64,000 nt of DNA from Rhina ancylostomus (Eukaryota): NCBI GenBank assembly GCA_030265395.1, contig JARFYF010000074.1, positions 12,988,846 through 13,052,845 on the forward strand, in the 5' to 3' direction. The translations under genes were made by a program, and so were the position numbers. The notes beneath the pieces are model-generated. The model did not search any database, was not told the origin of the DNA, and was given only the letters and a program-made list of their open reading frames with translations. This document shows positions 38,720 to 51,439 of this stretch, piece after piece (position 1 is the first letter of the stretch; each line of letters begins with the position of its first letter).

Positions 38720-40940
38720 TTGAGGACAGTGTTAAGGTACTAAATGAATATTTTCACCATAAAAGTGATAACAAAAGAAGAAGTAGTTGTGACACTACAC
38801 GTTAAAAAAAATGACAGGCGGCATTAAAAAAAGTTGGCTGAACTTAAAATAGTTAAGTCACTCAAATGCATGCTGGGATTTTGAGGCAAGCATGGGAGGA
38901 AAACATTGGAAGAGGGTGTGCAAAATGGCAATCTTTTACTGCTCTCTGGATACAGGTGGGTGCCAGAGGACTGAAGAGTGGTGAACGTCACTCCTTTGTA
39001 CAAAAAAGGGAGCAAGAATAAGCCCAGCAACTATGTGTCAATCAGTTTAACATCAGTATTGGGAAAGTTATTAGAAATATTGATCCAGTTCAGGATTAAT
39101 AGTTACCTAGAGAAAAATGCATTAAGGCAAACCGGCATGATTTGTTAAAGGAAAAATTGTGTTTAATCAATTTGATACAATTTTTAGTGAATAACAGATA
39201 AGAATTGTTGAGGATAATGCAGTCAATGTAATTTTGATAAGGTCATATAAACTAAATTGGTAAATTGATTTACCACTGTTATATATGCCGAGGTACAGTG
39301 AAAAACTTTGTTTTCATGCCATCCATACAGATCATTTTATCATATCAGTGCATTGAGGTAGTACATGGGAAAATAACAACAGAATGCAGAACAAAGTTTT
39401 AGATTTACAGAGAAAGTGCAGTGCAGGGGGACAATAAGAATCAAGGCCATAACAAGGTAGATTGTGAAGTCAAGAATCCATCCTTATTGGACTAAGGGAT
39501 CAGTCAATAGTCTTATAACAGCAAGACAGAAGCTGCCCTTGAGGCTGGTGGTATGTGCTTTCAGGCTTTTGTATTTTCTGCCTAATGAGAGGTGAGAGAA
39601 GAGAGGGTGTCTGGGACGGGGCAAGGAGAAGTGTAGACAAAGTCCATGGAGGGAAGGTTGGTTTATGCAATGTGCTGAGCTGTGTCCACAACTTTGCAGT
39701 TTCTTGTGGTCTCAAGCAGAGCAGCTGCTATACCAAGCAGTGATGCATCCGAATAGGATGCTTTCTATGGTGCATCAATAAAAATTGGTAAAGATCAAAG
39801 AGAACATGCCAAATTTCTTCAACCTCTTGAGGAAATAGAGGTGCTGGTGCATTTTCTTGGTCATGCAGTCTCCATGGTTAGACCAGCACAGGCTACTGAT
39901 GACATTCACTCCTAGGAACTTGATTTTAACCTCAGCACCGTCGATGTAAACAGAATCATGTGCACTACCTCACCTTCTGCAGTCAACATTGCTGTGTAAC
40001 ATTATCAGCAAAGTTGAAGCATGTGTAATAAAAGGGACACTGGAAACATGGATATGAAATTGTTTAAGTAACAAAACAGTCATGGTGAATAGTTTTTTGT
40101 TGACTGGAGGAAGGTGATTAGGGGCATTCCCCAGGGATTGCTGGGAGGGACATTGCTTTAATCGATTTAAACTAATGACCTACACTTGGGACTGCAAGCC
40201 ACAATTTCTAAATCTGAAGATGACAAAACCTCAAGTATTGTGAACTACAAAGAGGATATTGATAAAATGGAGTAGGACATAAAACAGGCTGGTAGAATGA
40301 GCAGACGCATGGCAGGTGAAGTTTAATGCAGTGAAATGCATGGGGATGCATTTTGGTAGAAAGAATGATGGTATATAGGAAGCTATTCTAAAAGAGGTGC
40401 AGGCATAACGGGTGCATGGGTACACAAATTATTGAAAGTTGAAGGGCATGTTGAAAAAGCGGTTAATAAAGCATATACAATTCTGGGCTTCACATCTTTC
40501 CTATGAGGCAACCAAAATAGAAAACAATACTCCAGCCAAGTCTAGACAAGTGTTTTATAGATGTTCATCATGATTACCCTGGAATTTAAACTCCATTCTT
40601 CTATATCAGTAACATATACTAACCTTAATGTATGGAACATTGTTCAAGCTTCAAATGGAGTATTGTGTTCAATTCTGGTCATCTCATTATACGAATACGT
40701 GAAGGAATTAGAGAGGATACAGTAAAGATTTACCAGAATGGTTCTTGGGATGAGATACTACTATTACAAGGATAGATTGCAACGGGGGCTGCTTTCTTTA
40801 GATGGCCAAAAGGAGATCCAAGCAGTCTGAACCAAATGGAAAGTGAGAGGCTGTTCCTACACATGAAAGTGTCGAGGGCTGAAGGTCCAACACAGGTATA
40901 AAATATAGCAGAAAATAATTACTAGTAACATGAGGAAAAA
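38720..40940 (+). mobile_element. Decayed CR1 LINE ORF2 carrying a nested Rex1/Babar insertion
   Basis: VPED*RVVNVTPLYKKGSKNKPSNYVSISLTSVLGKLLE at about 38960; W.DAWQVKFNAVKC at about 40300; LEYCVQFWSSHY at about 40655. Confidence 0.85.
39255..39990 (-). mobile_element. Rex1/Babar LINE 3' fragment nested in CR1
   Basis: Minus strand gives TIESILFGCITAWYSSCSA and RKYKSLKAHTTSLKGSFCLAVIRLL; same tail type as 37650-37705. Confidence 0.8.
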
Positions 40941-41063
40941 ATTTTGTTTTTAAATGCAGCGTGNNNNNNNNNNNNNNNNNNNNNNNNNNNNNNNNNNNNN
41001 NNNNNNNNNNNNNNNNNNNNNNNNNNNNNNNNNNNNNNNNNNNNNNNNNNNNNNNNNNNNNNN

Positions 41064-41410
41064 ATTAAGAGGAATAGATAGAGTGGACAGCCAGCGCCTC
41101 TTTTCCAGGGCACCAATGCTCAATACATGAGGGCATGGCTTTAAAGTAATGGGTGGGAAGTTCAAGGGAGATATCAGAGGGAGGTTTTCCACCCAGAGAA
41201 TGGTTGGTGCATGGAATGTGCTGCCTGGGATGGTGGAGGAGGCAGGTACGTTGGTAGAGTTCAAAAGATTGTTAGATAAGCATATGGAGGAATTTAAAAT
41301 AAGGGGATTTGTGGGAAGAAGGGGGTTAAATAGTCTTAGGTGTGGTTTAAAGGTCGGCATTACACGGTGGGACCAAGGGCCTGTATTGTGCTGTACTGTT
41401 CTATGGTTTA
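41064..41410 (+). mobile_element. Young CR1 LINE 3' end
   Basis: GIDRVDSQRLFSRAPMLNT*GHGFKVMGGKFKGDIRGRFSTQRMVGAWNVLPG; tail gttctatggtt. Confidence 0.9.
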
Positions 41411-41804
41411 TATCTTTCAATCTAACTTTGGCCAATTCAACCTTCCTAACAACAGTGTGCCCTGTTCAGATTTAAGTCTATTTTGTACTTAAATAATTTT
41501 CAGAATTTTGTGTTATTCATTCTTCCTCAAAGGCTCTTTTCCTACAAACTTCATACAATGGAAGATTTTAACTAATTTCAACCTACTGATCAGTAAACCA
41601 TCTTGATTATAATCCAGAATCTCACCCTCCACACCTTTCATGCATTTTGCCAAATCCACATGCAGATTAAATATTATTGTTACTGTATTAACATTAAATG
41701 CTTCTCTAAATTGGCCAATACAATGACTAGAGCCGAAGTCCATACGAGAATACACACCATTTCCAAATGCTTTCGCCCCCCCCGTCCTCCCCGCACCCCC
41801 AACT

Positions 41805-41846
41805 CACTGTTATTTAACTCAACACACTGTTATTTAACTCAACACA
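41805..41846. repeat. 20-bp tandem duplication
   Basis: cactgttatttaactcaaca occurs twice, back to back. Confidence 0.9.
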
Positions 41847-41894
41847 AAGTAGATCCAACCTTATTACTTTATTTTTTTCTTTCCCTTCTCTTTG

Positions 41895-42020
41895 ATTGTC
41901 TGATGAAAAGTTACAAACCTGAAAAGTTAGTGCCATTTCTCTTTCCACAGATATTGCCTGATCTGCGGAGTGTTTCCAACATTTTCTATTTTTATTTCAA
42001 ATTTTCAGCATCTTCATGGT
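41895..42020 (+). mobile_element. Penelope-derived terminus with degenerate hammerhead boxes
   Basis: CTGATGA (41900) ...acct GAAA (41921) agtt, followed by ccacagatattgcctgatctg; another copy at about 42290-42385. Confidence 0.6.
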
Positions 42021-43693
42021 TCTGCATTAATCCAATTCAGATGCTGGTTGAGGAATTGACACTGGTCAGGTTAAAGGGATGAACTCTTCTACTTTTTCAG
42101 AAACATGCCATAGGATCCTTTACACGTACCCAGAGGGCAGAGAAAGCAAATATTGATATTCCCATTCACACCCACTACTTTTCCTCTCATTAGCCATTCT
42201 CTTCCACCTAGCATTATCATCCCTTTCACTATTTAATCTCTCCCTAACTTTACCTAATGTAATTTTGAACCTTATTTCACTAACTTCTTGTAGTTCCAGT
42301 GAAAGTTTGTTGACTGAAATGTTAACATTCTTTCTCTCCACAGGTGCCACCTAACCTGTGGAGAATTTCCAGCAAATTTTATTTAGCAATCTACAATCTT
42401 CTGACTCAGAGCTGAGGTGATATCATGGAGCCACTGATGGCACTTCAAACAGCATTTACCTACATTGTCCAAAGATGGAATTAAATATGATTGACCTCAC
42501 TATTATATGGTCAAGCAAAAATAAATACAGCAAGAAAAAGGATGAAATTTGATTTTATGTCTTTAAGCATGAAGTACTGCAGTTTTCTTTTGATCAGTTA
42601 CAGATTCTTTTTTACTTAATCACTGAACATTCCTAATATAAAGCTATTCTATTTTCAAAGACCTTTTCCTAACATTCTTACTTTTGCTTGATTGGTCTTA
42701 CTGAAAACAAAGACAAACTTCACAATATTTGAAGTTACATATTGACAAAATTAAAGATTATCAAGAATAACTTTAGCAAGTTGCCAGAAAGGCTTCAAGA
42801 TGCATCAGAATACCCTTATCATAAAAAGCATAAAAGTGCTTCAAATATATAAACAATGATGAAATGCCACAGTGTATAAATACATAACAATTAAGTTCTT
42901 CAGCTGAGGCAAAACCTTTGCCTGAAGGTGGTACTGACTGATGCTCCAGCATACCTTTTCTGTTCAGTTTGACTGAATAGATCACAGCAAATCCAATAAA
43001 ACACTGACTTGCTGCCTCTGCCTGAAATAGCCTTATGTAATCACCTGTGTCATTTTTTTGTTTTTCCAATTCTATGCAACAACATTTTCAGTTATCGTGC
43101 AATGTTAAGTCAGCCATTAACTCTTTATTTGACAAAATCAATTCTCAAAGCTTGTATATTATGTATTTACCAAAATGGTAATCCCAGTTCTCACATCATT
43201 AAATCTATTTTAGTACTCTCGTAATAATGACAAGAATGTATTACACAAGGGTCCTTAAGTCAACCGAAAACATTAAAGAATATCATTTGAAAGTTCTCTT
43301 CCACAGCCTGGTTATTCATAAAGGTTTAAGAGTACCAACATACAGATCCAGAACCCACAGTACTCCATTTCTAATGCAAGAATCATTTTCTACTTCCATA
43401 CTCTGCAAACATTTTCTTCATACTATCCAAATAAACAACAACTAAACAATATGGATCAATTCCATGTTTCTGTTTCATAATTCACTGTATAGCATAAGAA
43501 ATGTGATTTCATGATTTAAATAAAATGCTATTTCAATGGAAGTATATATTCATACACATAAAATACATTAAATGAACACAACTTTTCTTTTAAACTCATC
43601 AGCATCCAAAAGTAATATAGAATTAACCAAAGTTCACCAAATATGATCAAATGGTTTGCTGAATTCTGTTTTCAAATGGAATATTGACCTTAC

Positions 43694-43948
43694 CAGATAC
43701 AGAATGGATACCAGGAGGAGGTGGCTGTCCAGGTGGTGGTATAGGGGGTAACCTCAAGCTTGGAGGCAGACCTGGTAGAGGTGGAGGCAAGTGATGGCCC
43801 GGTGGAGGCAACTGATGGCCTGGCGGAGGCAAGCCTGGAGGTGGTGGTGGAAACGGGATCATCCCAGGAAGAGTGACATCTTCCACTATTAATGGGTCAT
43901 TACCATGATCAAAGAGGCAGAGATCACCACGCATACAGAAACCTTTCT
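43694..43948 (-). CDS. RBM27: RBM27 exon 7 (CCCH zinc finger plus Pro-rich region), 255 nt
   Basis: tttcag|AG AAA GGT TTC TGT ... TCT G|gtaagg; EKGFCMRGDLCLFDHGNDPLIVEDVTLPGMIPFPPPPPGLPPP... Confidence 0.96.
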
Positions 43949-44538
43949 CTGAAAATAAGACATTAAGTTCAGTATATCTGCAAAATGCATGCTTCCCACT
44001 GTCAAGCAGAGTAAAAAAAAAAATTACCCTGCAACAATTTTGTTGTGATACTGTGCAATTATCACACTGCACTTACTCACAGGCTGCCCTGACTACATGG
44101 GTGCCTAACAATTTTCATAGAAGATTAGTGTATGCAAATTATATTGTTAGTTTTATACTGGAACTGTAGAAAAGTGACAATTGTTCATCAATACAACTCT
44201 GATATTCAGCCTCACGTATCATTTTTAAAGTGGTTCAAAAACAGTTATTGATTGTGATTGTATTTAAATTCCTTTTTGACAATTTAAAAATGACCTTAGT
44301 TTCACTTGAAGAACATTTGAATTCTCTTTAGTACTTGGTAATATATTTGACTTTCATCCATCCTATTAGCGACAAGTTATTGCCAAAATTTCTTACTTCA
44401 TGGCCATTAACTGTCTCTTTTATATCACAAGAGTCTTAGTGCAAACCATCTGTTCACCATCAAAATGAAGAGGGAGTTAAGTTATCATTCAAAAACACTT
44501 CTGCAGCAGTAAACATGAAAGTTGTGTACTTTACTTAC

Positions 44539-44805
44539 CATCATAGTCTCTGCACCGGCGTTTTGGAGCTGCATTTCTACCAAAGGAATTTGTGCCTGTG
44601 TGGTTATTATAGAAATTAGACCAGCTCTCAGTAGTGTTGTCAGGGTGGTGGACAGGAGCTACCACAGTTACTGCACTTGGAGCAGGAGGCCCTCCAGCAT
44701 AATACTGATCAGATGAACTGCTTACTGATGTACAGCTAGGAACATACATGTTCTCCGTGGCCTCATTTCTTTCCAATTCAAACTTCGATCTCTCCTTATG
44801 TTGAT
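44539..44805 (-). CDS. RBM27: RBM27 exon 6 (start of CCCH zinc finger), 267 nt
   Basis: ttaacag|AT CAA CAT ... GAT G|gtaagt; DQHKERSKFELERNE...NTTESWSNFYNNHTGTNSFGRNAAPKRRCRDYD. Confidence 0.96.
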
Positions 44806-46899
44806 CTGTTAATTTAAAAACAGATTTTCAAATTAAATGAATTGCTGAGAAAATGTTAAATAAAAATCAATACCAAAATGATCCTGGAAGTTTGCCAAAT
44901 TGTACTCTGACAATGGCTGCTGCATTTGAATTTTATATTCATAAAATCAACATTCACAAGCATCAACTGTTCTCCTGAAATTACATTGCAGTCTTCCAAA
45001 AGATTGAAGGCAGTCCATTAATATCTGCACAAGTCAAAAAATTATTCTTTATACATTATATTAATCTTGAAATTGAGACAGAGTAGCATCTTGTACTTAC
45101 AACAATAAGATAGTGGTTACCTTGCCGTTTTTTCTTAATCCTGATATACATTTTCTTCAGTACCATAAGCAAAACTTCCAAGTCTTGGTGAGCTATAGTT
45201 TATGTTCATTACTGCTTACAAAATCGATAGTACTGAGGAAGCCAAAAGTTTCTTCTCTCATTCACTCATTCACATTTACAGAAAATTTTGTTGTTAAAAG
45301 AGAATGCACTTGCTGATCTTATCAGTCACTGCTTTTTATCATCCTCTCACAATGGCAGGCAGTTTCTAATGGAGTATAGCACCTGGTGCCCTTGCTGAGA
45401 AATGAACAAGTTTTTGCAAGTATAGTTGATGGTTTCAAGCAACAGAGACCTAAAGACATGATCTGAATCCAGAGGGATTATGCGATTACTTGCAATACAC
45501 TGTTCCAAGTCTCTAAACATTACAGGATTTTTCATTAAAAGCATGCCATGTCACAGCCCATCAATTCAATGATTAAATAAGTAACAAACAAGAGTTATGC
45601 AGGTGTATCTGTTAAGATCAAGGATCCAATATTTAGCCTGATCTACAAAATTTCTTGGCTACCTTGTGAAAGTTACAGAGTTCGAGTGTGAAACTGTGAC
45701 CAGAAATAGCAAAATCTGGAACTATTTCTAACCTAAAATACCCTACGGAGTCAATTATCAGCATGAATTCAAATGTGGAAAACAATGACAGGTGCAGTGG
45801 AGAATAAATACTTAACTCTAGTCATCCCAGTACATTTAGCATGAGCATCTGTATACCACACACTCTTGATCAAGTAATATGCATTTTCAAGTACTTGCCT
45901 GTTTTTGAAAAGTAATATTTAATTTGATAATATTTTAAACTTATTTACTATTCACAGGTAGTGTAGTCAGCTAGATATATAGGTTATGTGTAACTAGAGA
46001 TAAATTCCTGTACTAGGGGTACTCAAATTATTTAAACAGTGATATTGTAATGGGCCCAAGATAAATATTTGAAGACGAACAAATACACGTTTATTTATAC
46101 TGGATATCCCTTCCCAAGACAAATACAATCTAACACCTCTCACAAACCCAACAATGTAATCAAAATTCATAAACTTGATTTCAAATTGCACTTCAGTGTA
46201 GAAAACTCTAGACTGGATTTATATAAGAAATATAAGCACAACAGTAGGTGGAGAAATCTCCTGACCAGTCCACCACCTCACTACAGTCTAAACAGTGGTA
46301 TGTAATGATGCATTTCACTTTAACATACTTATTCAACTTTGCTTTAAGGAGATTCAAGCCATTTACCAATGCAATAGCTTTTCGTAAATCATTCTAAAAT
46401 GCAGTCTCATAGTGAAGTAATGATCTCATATGATTTGTCTAAATTTGTGTCTTTCAAAAGACATTTGAATCCCAAATCAAGTTCTCCCAATCCCTTAACC
46501 ACAAATGCATCTGACACATTTTATTCCCCCCTCAGAAATGACAACCCCAGAATTTGAAATTATTTTAGGATTCGATCTCCATTACCCAAATTGCAGCAAC
46601 AACAGAGCAGAACGAGGTTTATTATCACTGACTTAGGTCATGAAATTTGTTGTCTTGCAGTACAGTGCAAGACATAAAAGTTACTGCAAGTTACAAAAAT
46701 AAATAGTGCAAAAGTGGAATAATGAGGTGGTAATGAGGAACTCCTCTCATTACCCTTTACAAGCACATGCTAATCAATATCAGGATAACATCCTCTAATC
46801 TTTACCTCCTTAGACAGTCCCATGGAATTGAAAACAATTTGCTTCCATTCCAATTCTGTAGGTCCTGAGATGTCTGATGGGGCTACTGTGGCAATGACA

Positions 46900-48050
46900 G
46901 ACCATGGAAATCATGGGACAGGGAAGTGCAGGAGGTGTTTGCTCCTCAATCTCACCTGGTGGATAGTTTGAGTACTGGTGTGCTTCCTCCGCAGTTTACA
47001 TTGGGCTTTTGAGTTTTCCTGATGAATGAATTCTAAGTACTCAATGCCTTCTTGAATACTTCCCCATTTCAAGTGGTCAAGGGCCAATGATTTCCAGGAA
47101 TTAGTGGGGATGTCACACTTTTTCCAACGAGACATAGAAAACATCCTTGAAATCTTTCCCTCTGTCCTCTTGCCACAAAAGAGTTCAAAGTAGAATTTCT
47201 GTTTTGAAAGTCTAATGTTGGCCATGATAGAGAATTTGCCTTTGGATCAAAGTAGAATGAATGTAGTTTGGGCCTTAATTAGGATGTTAGCTTAGGAAAG
47301 AACATTGCTGTTAATTTGTTTATCCTACTAATGGATTTGGAGGATTCTATGGTACACTGTTCCACCTCATGTAGGTGTTTCACGTCTCAAAAGCTTACAG
47401 GCGATTCAAGTTCATTGTTGTTGGTAGACCACAAGCTAGTTCACTAAAGGCAATGGGGAATTTCATATCAACATCTCCCTTCATTAAGATATGACTCCCA
47501 CAATATAGGAAGCAATGCCTGTTTTCCAGGGTCTTGCCACAGACCATTATTGTCATGTAATGGTGTTTTACGATGGGCCAAGTTAGTAGGGGACTTTTGT
47601 GCTGTGGATGTAGCTCCCATTCTCTTGTTTTCTTAAGTGAATAATTTGTTGGCGACTTGGAACTCGGCCTGCAAAATTTGTGTACTCCAGATTAATGACA
47701 GAAGTTGGGCTGGCAGGTTCAAGACAACACCATCAAGATGAAGACGCAAAATGTAAATCAACTTCCACGGGTGTGCAAATTTGAGAAGGATGCTCCAGAA
47801 TTAAATGATTAGCAACGTCAAGCATATTTATGTGGTCAAAAAAGGCTTCATATAGTGTTTGATGCTACTTCCTCCATTTCTCTTTGGGCCATTACATGGT
47901 AGAGGTCACGTCCATCGGTCCAGTAGATTGACAGGATCCCCTCTATGGCCAGTGAGAGGAGACAGAGGGACTTCACAATTATCTACATTAAACTGCACAG
48001 TAGTTTGCCATTGGCTTCTACTACATTAACCAACTTAATTGGTGTTCTTA
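46900..48050 (-). mobile_element. RTE-clade LINE fragment
   Basis: ORF 46911..47225 (ELFCGKR...KKCDIPTNSWKSLALD..KW..IQEG) belongs to the same family as 33050-34290; another copy at about 61150-61980 (-). Confidence 0.75.
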
Positions 48051-48435
48051 TTTTAGTGTCAAATTTCTGCATGGCTCATCTTTCCCCCATCCCACAAGTC
48101 TTGGATGTCTGCACTCCTAATAATGGCTTCTTATGCCTCTCTAATTTTCATTGCACACTAAGAGCTGACTGTTTTAATCAACATTTAGACTGGGCAAATT
48201 AAATTAGCACCAACAATATATAGAGGATAAATTCTTAGAATATATACAAGATGGATTTCTAGATCAGTTTGCTAACTGACAAGGGAAAAACTATTTTAGA
48301 TTTAGTGCTGAGCAACGAGAAAGGTTTAAATGATAAACTTGTTGGAAATGGGCCTAGAACATGAAAGAATTTTACATAAAATTCTTTGTGTGATGGTAAT
48401 TCAATCTGAAACCTGGGGTTTCCAATCTAAAACTG

Positions 48436-48684
48436 GGGGTGGCACAGTAGCATAGCTGTCAGCGTGACGCTATTACAGCGCCAGCGATCGGGGCTTGATT
48501 CCCATCGCTGTCTGTAAGGAGTTTGTACATTCTCCCGTGTCTGCGTGGGTTTCCTCCCACATTCCAAAGACATATGGGTAGGTTAATATGGGGTGTTAAT
48601 ATGGGGTTTAAAATGGGCGGCGTGGACTCATTGGGGCAGAAGGGCCTGTTACCATGCTGTAAATAAAATTTTCTAAAAAATTTT
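48436..48684 (+). mobile_element. tRNA-derived V-type (HE1-like) SINE with 8-bp target-site duplication
   Basis: A-box-like tggcacagtag, B-box-like ggcttgattcc, V-domain ggagtttgtacattctcccgtgtctgcgtgggtttcctcc..cattccaaagac; TAAAACTG at 48428-48435 and 48685-48692; retained CpGs suggest youth. Confidence 0.88.
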
Positions 48685-48959
48685 TAAAACTGCTATGATA
48701 TATTGGAAAACTACATTAATAGGGTTAACAGGGGATATGTGATATCTAACATTTAAAGAAATAACATACAATTTCCTTTAGGGAAAAAGAAAAAGCACCA
48801 TAGAAAAAAGCAGTCCAACCATGGTTAGAAGGAAAAATTAAATATAGTATTAAATCTAATGAAAAGTCTTAAAGTTGTCATAAAAAGTAGCAAACCTGAG
48901 GACTGGGAACGTCTTAGAATTGAAATGAGGGATCACCAAGAAAATGATAAAGAAAAGTT

Positions 48960-49451
48960 GTTGCTGGCATGGGTAATGTTCGAGGTTGTGGATATCAAGA
49001 GGGAAGATGTGTTGAGGCTATNNNNNNNNNNNNNNNNNNNNNNNNNNNNNNNNNNNNNNNNNNNNNNNNNNNNNNNNNNNNNNNNNNNNNNNNNNNNNNN
49101 NNNNNNNNNNNNNNNNNNNNNGGGATAGATAGAGTAGACAGCCAGCGCCTCTTTCCCAGGGCACCAATGCTCAAGACAAGAGGGCATGGATTTAAAATGA
49201 TGGGTGGGAAGTTCAGGGGAGATGTCAGAGGGAGGTTTTTCACCCAGAGAGTGATAGGTGCATGGAATGCGCTGCCTGGGGTGATGGTGGAGGCAGATAC
49301 ATTGGACAGGTTTAAGAGGTTGTTGGAAAGGCATATGGAGGAATGTGGGATAGAGGCATATGCAGGAGGAAAGGGTTAGATAGTGAGAGGTGTGGTTTGA
49401 TGGGCAGCACAACACGGTGGGCCGAAGGGCCTGTATTGTTCTATGGTTCTA
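48960..49451 (+). mobile_element. Young CR1 LINE (mostly collapsed into an N-gap)
   Basis: Open frame GIDRVDSQRLFPRAPMLKTRGHGFKMMGGKFRGDVRGRFFTQRVIGAWNALPG; its 3' UTR closely matches the reverse complement of 30866-30980. Confidence 0.9.
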
Positions 49452-50746
49452 AAGGGAAAACAGTACGAGTAAACTGGTGATAAACAAAGACTGTGTGAAC
49501 TTTTGTTGGCATGCGAAAAAGAAAAGGCTAGCAAGAGAATTCATTAATGGAGAATAAGGAAATAGCAGAGGACGCTTGTCCATCTTTACGGGAGAGGCAC
49601 TGAAAAAAAACCTAGAAATACTGGAAAACTAAGGATCCAGGCAAAGAAGGAAATTACAGGAATTTATTATTAATGAAATACCATTAGAGATATTAATGGC
49701 CCTGAAAACTGATAAAATTCCAATGATTTGTTGCCCTGCATCCCCGAGTTTAGAAAGATTTACTATGGAAATAGTGGATGCTCTAGTTATCATCTTCCAA
49801 AATATTTTTTTTAAATTATTTTAGAAAATGGTTCTGATAGATTAGGCAGTAAAATATGACCACATTATGCAAGAAGGAAAAAGGACAAAAAATATAGGGA
49901 ACTACTGATGTGTTGGCTTGACATTAGTAGTTCGAGAAAATGCTGGAATCTACAATAATAGGTGTAATAACAGGTGTAATAGAAAATAAATACGTTTGAT
50001 TTGAGATAACATGAATCTATAAAAGGGAAATCATATTTGAATAATTTTTTCAAAGATACATTGAGTAAATTAGGGTGTATTTGAATTTTCAGAAGGCTTT
50101 CAATAAAGTTTCATGCTAGAGGCTACTGTACAAAAGGTAAAGCACATAAATTAGCTAATATACTAGTGTGGATTGATGCAGAAAACTATAGTAGGAAAAA
50201 ATAGGATGGCATGCTATGACTAGCAGGGTATCATATGAATTGGCAGGTGCAAAGATACCTAGAAATTTGCACAAAACTGTTCTACTCCAGGTTAAACTAA
50301 TTTATTACTGAGCAGCAAATTTTTTTTTGTAGTGGGGGTTGGGGACGCGCGAATGAATTTCTAATCCATTTTACATTAACAACTTGCTATTTAGATCACC
50401 CATACTATTGTTACCTCCTTTTCCACTGTCGATATTTGCCCAACTGCTCTACAGAAAGTTTTCCTAATTAAAAAATAAATGGGGCAGATATCTCGATTAA
50501 ACTTTAGTCAACAATAAAATGAGTTCAAAGTAGAGAAAGCTCTCAGCAAAAGCCAGACCCACATTAAAAAAAGAGAGCTTTCACTAAACAATTGTTATTC
50601 AATACCAATATGAAGAATTATAATTCAGTGCTGATAATAGATTACTCACCAGAGTACAGCACACCTTTCCACTATTCAAAACATAAAACTTTAATAGGCG
50701 CAGTCACTGAAGTCTGGTCAAAAACAACAGACCCAAACTCACTTAC

Positions 50747-50949
50747 CCCTGCTTGTGCTGTTGCTGCGGCCAAGGATTCTATTCCGGTCTCTACTGCGAC
50801 TGCGACTGCGACTTTTGGTCTTTGATGGACTGTGGCTATAACTTCTGCCTCTTCGACGGTCGTATCGATCTCGATAAAGATCTCTAGAATGGGGATATCT
50901 CTCAAAGTCTCTGCGCCGTCGTTCTTCACGTTTTTTCTCATCGCGAGTT
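50747..50949 (-). CDS. RBM27: RBM27 exon 5 (Arg/Ser-rich region), 203 nt
   Basis: tttatcag|A ACT CGC GAT GAG ... AGG G|gtaagt; TRDEKKREERRRRDFERY...YDRRRGRSYSHSPSKTKSRSRSRSRDR; CpG-rich relative to the introns. Confidence 0.94.
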
Positions 50950-51439
50950 CTGATAAATTTTTTAAAAAATGATTTTAACTTTTAAAAAATTAAAAAACTA
51001 GAAAATTAGTAGGTACATGCAAATTGTACAAATGACAAGGATATAATTTCATTCTAAATCATGGATTAAAAAGGGGTATCAACAACTTAAGAAAAAGTAA
51101 CATAAGTAGTAAGCCATATGCTCTCCTAAGCCTGTTACATGGCTCAAGTTCTTTAAGACCACCTTCTCACCCTATCCCCAAAATTCATCAAGTGTTCCTG
51201 ATCTCAATCTTGACTACACTCTACAACTTAGTATCCATTGTTTTCAGGGATCCAGAATTCTAAAATTTACAATCCTCTGGAGTTAATATATTTTAGTTCC
51301 AAATGGTTGTTTTTTTTTTCCTCCAAAGCCACAATCTCTTGTCCAGACTATACAACCAGGGAAATGGTGTCATGGCATTCGGATGAAATTCATAATTTCA
51401 GACCTGCTTCTAGGTTGACTTGGATGTTTAAATTAGGAG

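Larger units (their letters stand above)
48240..50230 (+). mobile_element. Decayed CR1 LINE ORF2 hosting a SINE and a young CR1
   Basis: ILDLVLSNEK at about 48295, KSSKPEDWE at about 48880, and LKTDK.P/EIVDALVIIFQ at about 49700-49800. Confidence 0.75.

Noticed and set aside
41603-42082. Long ORF-track entries such as this 159-aa ORF, and ORFs spanning N-gaps
   Set aside because: No recognisable domain; they run through simple sequence, repeat debris or Ns.
50592-50941. Alternative-frame and antisense ORFs (VAVAVAV, TATATAT) over exon 5
   Set aside because: Shadows of the AGT-CGC (Ser-Arg) codon repeat of RBM27.
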